DNA of 64,000 nt, taken from NCBI GenBank assembly GCA_049965035.1, contig JBMFWS010000006.1, positions 4,582-68,581 on the forward strand, in the 5' to 3' direction. Shown piece by piece: positions 10,177 through 17,339 of this stretch. This DNA comes from Acidimicrobiales bacterium (lineage in GTDB: Bacteria > Actinomycetota > Acidimicrobiia > Acidimicrobiales > RAAP-2). Numbering within the stretch: position 1 is the stretch's first letter; each line of letters starts with the position of its first letter. The notes beneath the pieces are model-generated. The model did no database searches, was not told the origin of the DNA, and was given only the letters and a program-made list of their open reading frames with translations. The translations under genes were made by a program, and so were the position numbers.

Positions 10177-10527
10177 CTAGCGACGCCGGTACCCGCGGGC
10201 CCCGAAGGCCGCTTCATCGATCATCGACGGGTCCCACGGCGGATCCCACACCACGCGCACGTCCACGGGACCGTCGCCGAACGCCGCGGCCACCGCGTCG
10301 TGGGCCATCTCGGGGATGATCTCGGCCGCGGGGCACCCCGGCGTCGTCATCGTCATTTCGATGACGACGCCGTCGCCGTCGCGGCGCACGTCGTAGACGA
10401 GGCCCAACGAGACCACGTCGAGGCGCAACTCAGGGTCGTCGACGGTGCGCAGCGCCCGCCATACCACGTCGAGGTCATCGTCGGCACCCGAGGCGGGTGC
10501 GCCGTGGAAACCGGGAACTGGGCTCAC
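10177..10527 (-). CDS. DUF59 / SufT-like metal-sulfur cluster assembly factor
   Basis: ALRTVDDPELRLDVVSLGLVYDV...MTMTTPGCP...VWDPPWDPSM. Confidence 0.92.
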   Translation of the reverse strand: MSPVPGFHGAPASGADDDLDVVWRALRTVDDPELRLDVVSLGLVYDVRRDGDGVVIEMTMTTPGCPAAEIIPEMAHDAVAAAFGDGPVDVRVVWDPPWDPSMIDEAAFGARGYRRR

Positions 10528-10745
10528 GAGGCGGGCCGGAAGGTGACACGCCAGTCGCCGTCCCCGAGGTTCTCGGCCAGGTACGTGAAGCCTTGGGCGC
10601 CGAGCACGCCCTCCAGGGGAACTGGCTCGAAGGGAGCGAGCACGACCAGCTCCTCGGTTGGTGCGAGGGCGCCGACCGCGGCCATGATCGCCTCGAAGGG
10701 CTCGTCGCCAGCCGCGATGATCGGACGGGTATCGACGGTTGCCAT
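10524..10745 (-). CDS. Small DUF2249 protein
   Basis: VDTRPIIAAGDEPFEAIMAAV...LAPFEPVPLEGVLGAQGF...GDWRVTF; GTGA overlap with the DUF59 gene. Confidence 0.88.
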   Translation of the reverse strand: MATVDTRPIIAAGDEPFEAIMAAVGALAPTEELVVLAPFEPVPLEGVLGAQGFTYLAENLGDGDWRVTFRPAS

Positions 10746-10772
10746 AGTCACTTCCCTGCCTCTAGCCGTGAA

Positions 10773-10794
10773 ATTTCTGGTGACAAACAGAAAA
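10773..10794. promoter_or_regulatory. Candidate operator 1 (TTC-N12-GAA) upstream of the DUF2249-DUF59 unit
   Basis: ATTTCTGGTGACAAACAGAAAA contains a perfect TTTCTG/CAGAAA inverted repeat in an AT-rich island. Confidence 0.65.
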
Positions 10795-10869
10795 TAGCAG
10801 GCAAAGTGCACGGAGGCAACCACCGGCGGCCCAGTGTCTCCAGCCGCCGGATGGCTATGCGGCACGTAT

Positions 10870-10891
10870 AGTTACGCTAAAATATAGAAAT
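10870..10891. promoter_or_regulatory. Candidate operator 2 (TTA-N12-GAA variant) overlapping the -10 of the membrane-protein gene
   Basis: AGTTACGCTAAAATATAGAAAT, with TATAGT at 10867-10872. Confidence 0.5.
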
Positions 10892-10925
10892 AACGGCCCA
10901 GGCGTGGGCGTCGGGAAAGCGAGAC

Positions 10926-12299
10926 GTGATGGCCCCTGCAGCGACGGCACCGGGCGGCGGTGCGACCTGGGCGCAACGTCCCCGGGGCGTTCCGGTAGCG
11001 GTGCCGGCGCCTGGGGTTCCCCTGTCGTTCCTCGGGGCAGCGGCCCTGGGCCTGATCGCGACGGGTGTCGCGTGGCTCGTCGTGGCCGGGCGGGCCGCCC
11101 ACGACGTGACCGCCGATCCCGTAGTTGCGGCGGTGCACCTGGGCGTGCTGGCGACTTTGGCCATGGGCCTGTTTGGGGCACTCCACCAGTTCGTGCCGGT
11201 CATCACGGGGCGGCCCCTCCGATCGACCATTGCGGGCTACGCCAGCTGCGCACTCTGGTTCGCGGCCTCCTGGATGCTGCCGCTCGGGATCGGGCTGTCG
11301 GTGCCTGCGGTGACGGGCCTGGGCGGGGCGTCGGCCGGCATCGCGGTACTGGTCGTGGCCTGGAACCTGTGGCCGGCGTTGCGGGTGCGGGGCCAGGGTC
11401 CCGCGGTTACGGCGATGCGGTGGTCGATGACCGGTGCGTTGATCACCACCTACCTCGGCGTCGCTTTCGTCGGGGATCGCCAGGCATCCTGGTTCGTGCT
11501 GTCGGCACGTGTCGACCTGGCCATGGGCGTCGTTGGCATGTTCACGTGGCTCGGCACGGCCTACGTCGGGGTCGCGAGCAAGCTGTGGCCCATGTTCATG
11601 CTGGCGCATCTGGAATCACGGGCGCGCTCGGTGCGCGCGTCGGTCTGGTTGGTACCCACGGGCGCCCTGGTGCTGGGGGCGGGTCTCATCACGGCGCTCC
11701 CGGCGGTCGCTGGGAGCGGCGCGCTCGCTCTCGCCGCGGGCCTGGCGGCTCACCTCGTGGCGCTGGGCGCCCACGTGCGTCGTCGCCGGCGCGCCCGCGA
11801 CCTGCACCTCGTCTTCGTGGTGACGAGCGCGACGTCGCTCGTCGGCGGCGTAGCCCTGGCGCTGGCGGCGGCCGTCACGTCGGGCGCGCACCCCCGGGCG
11901 GGACGGGACCTGGCGGCGGCGGCGATGGCCCTCGGCGGTGGGTGGCTCCTCCTGACTCTGGTCGGCCACGCGCACAAGGTAGTCCCCTTCATCGCCTGGT
12001 CGGTGCTGCGCGCGCGTGGTGTCGTCTCCAACTCGCACGGCCAGACATTGGGATTCGCCGACCTGTACTCGGCCCGCGGAGCGCTGGCCAGCTACGTCAG
12101 CACCACCGGGGGCGTCGCGGCCCTGGGCCTCGGTCTGGCCACCGGATCACCTCCGCTGACGAGGCTGGCCGGCATCCTCCTGGCCGGTACGGGTGTGCTC
12201 GTTGGCACCAACCTCGGGCTGGGACCGTGGCGCGTGGCCCACGCGAATCGGGTCCCAGCGACCGCGTCGGGTCCTCGTGACTCGGCTCCGATCCTTTAG
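10926..12299 (+). CDS. Polytopic membrane protein, probably of the heme-copper-oxidase-subunit-I / NnrS-like group
   Basis: About 12 TM segments in three related modules: HLGVLATLAMGLFGALHQFVPV, FTWLGTAYVGVASKLWPMFMLAH and GGWLLLTLVGHAHKVVPFIAW. The family call is an inference. Confidence 0.65.
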   Translation: MMAPAATAPGGGATWAQRPRGVPVAVPAPGVPLSFLGAAALGLIATGVAWLVVAGRAAHDVTADPVVAAVHLGVLATLAMGLFGALHQFVPVITGRPLRSTIAGYASCALWFAASWMLPLGIGLSVPAVTGLGGASAGIAVLVVAWNLWPALRVRGQGPAVTAMRWSMTGALITTYLGVAFVGDRQASWFVLSARVDLAMGVVGMFTWLGTAYVGVASKLWPMFMLAHLESRARSVRASVWLVPTGALVLGAGLITALPAVAGSGALALAAGLAAHLVALGAHVRRRRRARDLHLVFVVTSATSLVGGVALALAAAVTSGAHPRAGRDLAAAAMALGGGWLLLTLVGHAHKVVPFIAWSVLRARGVVSNSHGQTLGFADLYSARGALASYVSTTGGVAALGLGLATGSPPLTRLAGILLAGTGVLVGTNLGLGPWRVAHANRVPATASGPRDSAPIL

Positions 12300-13219
12300 G
12301 CGGCGGTGCGAGCGATGCGGACGCGCCACACCCGCGGACCCGACTCCAGGTAGTCCCACGTGAAGGCACCGGGATGCTCGGCGTCGAACTGGTAGCGCAG
12401 CGGCTGAGGGTCGTGATCGTTCACCAGGATGAAGGCGTCACCAACGCGCAGCGCCAGGTAGGTCGAGAAGATCGACTCGTGGCGGTCGCGTGGAGTGAGG
12501 GAACGCACGTCCAGGACATCGGCGTGGCGGTCGCTTGGCGCACTGGCTGACGGAGCCGCGATCGACACTGCGGTGGGCTCGAGGGAGCGGGCCAACCGGT
12601 GGAGACGCGAGGTCACGCGACGTGCCAGGTCGGGACGCGGTGCCCGCAGGAGCGTCCAGGCGCGTGCCAGCAGTCGGCTGGCCGTGTCGGGTGCTCCCGC
12701 CCGGACGAGCTCGTCGCTGGCCTGGCCAAGAAGATCGACTAGGGCATCGTCGGTCCCGACGTCGGCGGGAGGCACCTCCGGCGTGCTCAGGCGCTCGTGC
12801 ATGACGTCGAGGAGTTCGGGCAGCGATCCGGGGGCGCCGTCTCGCAGTGCGGGCAGCACCACGTCGTTCTCGGCTCTGACGTGGTCAGCGAACAGCCGGC
12901 GCACGCGGCGTGCGGCGGCGCGGCGGACGTCGAGAGGCGTCGCGGGGCCGAGGTCGTCGCCGAGCCGAGCCAGCTCGTGGTGCTCGATGATCAGGTCGCC
13001 GATGAGGGGTGCCAGCTCGGGCAGCTCGGCGGCGGCGCGGTAGACCGAGGCCTCCTCGGCCAGCGCGTGGGGCAGGACCTCGTCAGCCACGTACGCCAGC
13101 AGCGCGGCCGCTGTCTCGACGGTGGGGTCGCTCTCGACGGATCGGGCCAGGGCGTCCACCCGGCGCACGAGTTGGGCGTGGTGGGTCGTCATGGCCTTCG
13201 TGGCGGTGAGGTCGTTCAC
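12296..13219 (-). CDS. Hemerythrin-like (HHE) domain + helical linker + DUF2249 fusion protein
   Basis: HHAQL, LPHALAEEASVY, EHHEL and HVRAENDVVLP, followed by LDVRSLTPRDRHESIF...LVNDHDPQPLRYQF...WDYLESGPRVWRVRI; GGAGGGAG RBS. Confidence 0.88.
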   Translation of the reverse strand: MNDLTATKAMTTHHAQLVRRVDALARSVESDPTVETAAALLAYVADEVLPHALAEEASVYRAAAELPELAPLIGDLIIEHHELARLGDDLGPATPLDVRRAAARRVRRLFADHVRAENDVVLPALRDGAPGSLPELLDVMHERLSTPEVPPADVGTDDALVDLLGQASDELVRAGAPDTASRLLARAWTLLRAPRPDLARRVTSRLHRLARSLEPTAVSIAAPSASAPSDRHADVLDVRSLTPRDRHESIFSTYLALRVGDAFILVNDHDPQPLRYQFDAEHPGAFTWDYLESGPRVWRVRIARTAA

Positions 13220-13267
13220 GGTGATCTCCCTCCGGGAATCAGGCGTTGATGGGCGCCTGGACCATAT

Positions 13268-13289
13268 TATTCCATTTACCAGCAGAAAA
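13268..13289. promoter_or_regulatory. Candidate operator 3 (TTC-N12-GAA) upstream of the hemerythrin-DUF2249 gene
   Basis: TATTCCATTTACCAGCAGAAAA, adjacent to a minus-strand TAATAT hexamer. Confidence 0.62.
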
Positions 13290-13311
13290 ACCGAAGGCTC
13301 GCGCTGGGTTG

Positions 13312-13989
13312 TCAGCGTACGCGAGTGGGCGCGGCGTGCAGGGACAGCCGGCAGCCGGCCTCGCGCGGCGCCCGCGCGACCAGCTGGTCGACCTCCCAGC
13401 CGCCCAGACCCGTCGCCAGTCCCTCAGCCAGCCCCAGGTGGAGCTGGCAGATGGTGGCGGGATTGACGGCGGCCACGTCGACGAATGGGCACCGCTCGAG
13501 GAGGAAGTCGACCCGATCCCGGCTGGACTCCCGGCGGGGATGGAACCCCCGGCGAACCAGATCGGCCTCCATCACGTCGAGGGCTGAGCCGCCGTCGGTC
13601 AGTTCGGCGGCGCGCTGCAGGCCGCGCAAACGCCCGGCCTCCCGCGGGGATATCTGGCGGCTCAGCGCATCGCTGAGCAGCTCGGCGAGCCACACGTAGG
13701 TCCCTGGGGCGTCCCAGCGGCTCGCGGCACCCGCCGCGGCGCGATAGAGCAGACGGGGACGCCCCACGCGCGAGCGGACCTCACGCCCCTCCTCGACCAG
13801 GTCGGCGTCAACCAGCACGGCCAGATGCTGGCGCACGGTGTTGTGGTTCAGTCTCGCCATGTCGGTCAGCTCGGCGACGGCGACCGGTCCGTCGTGGGCG
13901 ACCAAGTAGCGGAACAGGCGCAGCCGGTTCGCGTCGCCCAGCGCCCGCGCCTGGGCGAGGAGCTCGTCGGCTGGTGCGGTGGGCGTCAC
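13312..13989 (-). CDS. ArnR/SufR-like HTH transcriptional regulator with three C-terminal Cys
   Basis: ALGDANRLRLF...LNHNTVRQHLAVLVDADLV...GRPRLLY; C-terminal CPF..C-X13-C-X31-C pattern (CPFVDVAAVNPATICQLH...AGCRL). Confidence 0.85.
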   Translation of the reverse strand: MTPTAPADELLAQARALGDANRLRLFRYLVAHDGPVAVAELTDMARLNHNTVRQHLAVLVDADLVEEGREVRSRVGRPRLLYRAAAGAASRWDAPGTYVWLAELLSDALSRQISPREAGRLRGLQRAAELTDGGSALDVMEADLVRRGFHPRRESSRDRVDFLLERCPFVDVAAVNPATICQLHLGLAEGLATGLGGWEVDQLVARAPREAGCRLSLHAAPTRVR

Positions 13990-13990
13990 A

Positions 13991-14012
13991 AGTTCCACTG
14001 TAGAGCGGAAGA
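13991..14012. promoter_or_regulatory. Candidate operator 4 (TTC-N12-GAA) over the regulator's own leaderless promoter
   Basis: AGTTCCACTGTAGAGCGGAAGA contains a minus-strand TACAGT 7 nt before GTG 13989. Confidence 0.62.
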
Positions 14013-14081
14013 ATTCGTCGCGCACAGGGAACACGCCGGGTCGCTCGTTCGGTCCGAGCCGCTGGGATAGCCTGCCAGCAC

Positions 14082-15420
14082 ATGCGAACGTGGCCCGCGG
14101 CGGGATCTATCCTCCTGGCGGCCCTGGTGCTCTCGGGGTCTCCAGCGTTGGCGTCGTCCGCACCGGCCGTGGCGCTGCGTGTCGGAATCTGGCCGCCTGC
14201 CGCAACGGGGTCCGGGTATCCGGCGGTGGTGGGTGTTACCACGGCGGCCGGGGGTGCCAGCTACGCGGATGTGCGCATCAACGGCCAGGTCGACGTGTTC
14301 GGTCCCGCCGCGCGCGTGGTGGCCGCCCCGCCCGCCGCGCCCGGGGTCAGCGCCACCGGCATCGCGGCCGACGTGCGGACTGGCGGGTACTGGGTGCTGT
14401 GCTCCAACGGCCGTGTCGAGGCGATCGACGCGCCGGCCCTCGGGGGTCCGCACATCCCCGCGGGAGGGTGGGGTCAGTACCCGGCGGCCGTGGCCATCGC
14501 CGCCGCCCCGGGGGGGGCGCGGCTACCTGGTGCTGCGGGCCAACGGGGCGGTCGACGCGTTCGGCACGCGTGCGCACGGCTCCTTGGCCCCCCGCCTCGC
14601 CTACGGCGCGACGGCGCCGGTGACGGCGGTGGGCATCGCTGTGGATGCGGCAACCGGTGGCTACTGGATCGCGACCTCCAGCGGGGCCATCGTCGCCTTC
14701 GACGCCCCCGCCCTCGACGCGCCGGGTCTGGCGTCAGCGCCGTCGCGTGCGCCGACGGTGGCCCTGGCGGCGGCGGGCTCCGGGGTCGTCGCCCTGGAGG
14801 CCGACGGCCACGTACGCGCCTACGGCACGTCGGTGGGTCCAGCGACCGTCGCGGTGCCGGTAGGGGCGGTGGCGGCGGGCGTCGCCGTGGCGGGCTCCCG
14901 CCTGGTCGTGGCCATCGACGACGGCGGCGTCGCGGGCTACCGCAACCCCCTGCGCGCGGTGCGGGCCCTCGTGCCCCAAGAGATCGACCAGGGCGTCGAC
15001 TACTGCGGCTCGGGTCCGGTGTACGCGCTGGGTCCGGGGCTGGTTCTCAACGTGACCGATCCCGGCTGGCCGAGCGGCACGTTCATCGCCTACCGGCTGC
15101 TGGCGGGCCCCGCCGTGGGCCACGTCGTCTACGTGGCCGAGAACGTGACCCCCCACGTCCGCGTGGGTCAGCGCGTCGCGGTGACCACGGTCGTGGGCGT
15201 CGTGCACGACGCCAAGACGTGCCTCGAGACGGGCTGGGCATCACCCGCGCGCCTGGGGTGGGCCCTTGGCGCAACCCAGTACACGGGCAAGAACTCGACG
15301 GCCTTCGGGCGCAACTTCAGCGCCCTGCTCGAGACCTTGGGCGCGCGTCCCGGCTTGACCCTGGCGGGCCCCCCGGGACACCTGCCGCCCGGGTGGCCCC
15401 GCTGGGCGGCGGGGGGCTGA
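14082..15420 (+). pseudogene. Secreted protein with GYW/GYL beta-repeats and a degenerate M23-like C-terminal domain, split by a +1 frameshift in a G8 run
   Basis: A signal peptide and GGYWVLCSNGRV in one frame; GYLVLRANGAVDAFG, GGYWIATSSGAIVAF and IDQGVDYCGSGPVYALG in the next. The switch falls at G8, 14510-14517. Confidence 0.72.
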
Positions 15421-15464
15421 GCGCCGACGTAGAGTGCGCGGGAGGCGCCGCGAGGAGGTGTCTG

Positions 15465-15821
15465 GTGGCACAGGTGACAGTTGAGGACGGCGAGCTGCTG
15501 GTGCACCTGACGGGCCTGGAGCGCCTGGAGGGCGTGCGGGGCGACCTGCGCGCGCCGGTGGCTGCCATCGCCAGCGTCGAGGTGGTCGAGGACGCCCACG
15601 GGGCGGCCGACGAGATCGGCGTGAAGATCGGGACGCGGATCCCCGGCGTCGTCGAGGTGGCCACGGTCTACGCTCCGCGTGCGAAGCTCTTGGTCGCGGT
15701 GCACCGTGACACCCCACGGGGCGTGAGGATCCGTTTCACCGACAGCGATGTCGACGAGTGGATCGTGGGCTGTGTCGACCCCGAGGCGACCCGCACCGCG
15801 ATCGAGCAGGCGCGGCACTAG
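15465..15821 (+). CDS. Conserved hypothetical protein (possibly PH-like)
   Basis: GGAGG RBS then GTG; LLVHLTGLERLEGVRGDLRAPVAAIASVEVV...GTRIPG; coding-like codon usage. Confidence 0.7.
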   Translation: MAQVTVEDGELLVHLTGLERLEGVRGDLRAPVAAIASVEVVEDAHGAADEIGVKIGTRIPGVVEVATVYAPRAKLLVAVHRDTPRGVRIRFTDSDVDEWIVGCVDPEATRTAIEQARH

Positions 15822-15884
15822 GGATCGCGTGCGGGCTCGCGCCCGCAACGCCGCGGGGGACCGCCGCCGAGGCGGCCCGGCGGA

Positions 15885-16241
15885 CTAGAAGTTGATCACG
15901 GCCGCGCCCTCGACGGCGAAGCGCATGAAGGCGTCGCGCGCGAACTGCAGGACCACGCCGCGCTCGCGGAGCCGGTCCACGGCCCCGGCGATGATGGCCG
16001 CGTTCTGGCACGCGCCCACGGTGACGCCGGCGGCGATGAGCGCGTCGATCTGCCGGTTGAAGTCGATGACGACGGGCGTCTCGACCGTGCCGTCCAGGGC
16101 ACGCTGGGCCGGACCGAAGCAGAAGACCTCCAGGTCGACGTCCTCGCTGGCCGCGCGCTGGTGGATCCGCTCGGCGAGGTGGGCGCCGGTGGCCAGGTCG
16201 GCGGGGCTGTCGTGGAACAGGTGGATCACGACCTTGGACAT
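15885..16241 (-). CDS. DsrE-family protein
   Basis: DLEVFCFGPAQRAL...VTVGACQNAA...GAAVINF; starts 1 nt after the arsR stop, with GAGGAG RBS. Confidence 0.75.
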   Translation of the reverse strand: MSKVVIHLFHDSPADLATGAHLAERIHQRAASEDVDLEVFCFGPAQRALDGTVETPVVIDFNRQIDALIAAGVTVGACQNAAIIAGAVDRLRERGVVLQFARDAFMRFAVEGAAVINF

Positions 16242-16242
16242 C

Positions 16243-16629
16243 TCACTCCTCGCCGGTGGTGGCGGCACCGCGCACCAGAGTCGCTGCCATGTCGGCGAGG
16301 GCTGTGGGTGCCAGCTGCCACCACGTCCAGCGTCCGCGGCGCTGCGCCACGAGGATACCGGCCCGAGCGAGGATCGCCGTGTGGTGGCTGATCGTGGGCT
16401 GGGACCGGCCGACGGGTTCCTCCAGCTGGCACGAGCACACCGGACCGGAGCGGGCAATGTGCGCGACGATGCGCAGGCGGACGGGGTCGGCGAGCGCGGC
16501 CAGGCGATGAGCCAGGTCCCCGAGTGCCTCGTCGTCGAGGGGCACCGGCTCCTCGCGCGGACACGCGTCATCGTCGCGACGCTCGACTTCGGCGAGGCGG
16601 GACGCACGACTGGTGATTGGCGACCCCAT
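16243..16629 (-). CDS. arsR: ArsR/SmtB-family metalloregulator
   Basis: ALADPVRLRIV...VCSCQL...SQPTISHH...RRGRWTWW; alpha3 CxC motif. Confidence 0.85.
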   Translation of the reverse strand: MGSPITSRASRLAEVERRDDDACPREEPVPLDDEALGDLAHRLAALADPVRLRIVAHIARSGPVCSCQLEEPVGRSQPTISHHTAILARAGILVAQRRGRWTWWQLAPTALADMAATLVRGAATTGEE

Positions 16630-16645
16630 GTCAAGTGGCCAGACA

Positions 16646-16665
16646 AGATTGACTCACATCGATAT
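16646..16665. promoter_or_regulatory. Candidate ArsR operator
   Basis: Imperfect inverted repeat ATTGAC-tcac-ATCGAT between divergent arsR and the acr3 remnant. Confidence 0.45.
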
Positions 16666-16712
16666 CGTAGATCCTGCCATTTCCCCCCGGGCCCTCGCGC
16701 CGCCCGCGGCCC

Positions 16713-17315
16713 CACCTGTCGCGCGGTGATCGACTGCTGCCCGCGTGGATCGCGGGAGCGATGGCCGGGGGCCTCGGGCTCGGTCACCTGGCGCCCCAGC
16801 GGGGAGCGGCCCTCGGTCGGGTTCAGGTCGACGCGACGAGCCTGCCCATCGCCGTCGGGCTGCTGGTGATGATGTACCCGGTGCTGGCCAAGGTCCGCTA
16901 CGGGGACATGGGTTCGGTCGCCCGCGAGGGACGCCTGCTCGTCCCCTCCCTCTTCCTCCACCGGGTGGTGGATCCCCTGGCCATGTACCTCCTCGCCTGG
17001 GCGCTCCTCGGCGCCATCGTGTCGGCAGGCTCGGAGCTGGCCGACGCCGTGAACCCCGTCGCCGAGGTCCTGGCTCGCCGGGGGCTGTCGACGCCGGCCG
17101 AGCGCCCCGGCACCTCAGCATCGAGGCGGTCGGAGGCCGACATCGTCGTCACGATGGGCTGCGGGGAGACGTGCCCGTTCGTGCCCGGTCGGCGCTACGA
17201 GGACTGGATGCTCGAGGACCCCGCGGGCCAGTCCGTGGAGGTCGTCGAGCGCATCGTCTCGGCGATCGACGCCCACGTCCGCGCGCAGCTGCTCGAGCTG
17301 GGCATGGATCGGTAG
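16713..17315 (+). pseudogene. In-frame chimera of the Acr3 arsenite permease N-terminus and an LMW-PTP-type ArsC C-terminus
   Basis: LSRGDRLLPAWIAGAMAGGLGLG...SLPIAVGLLVMMYPVLAKVRY (Acr3) joined to SAGSE..NPV...ADIVVTMGCGETCPFVPGRRYEDWMLEDPAG (ArsC). The CX5R loop and most TM helices are missing. Confidence 0.8.
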
Positions 17316-17339
17316 CCCGACGCTGGGTCGGCTCCTTGC

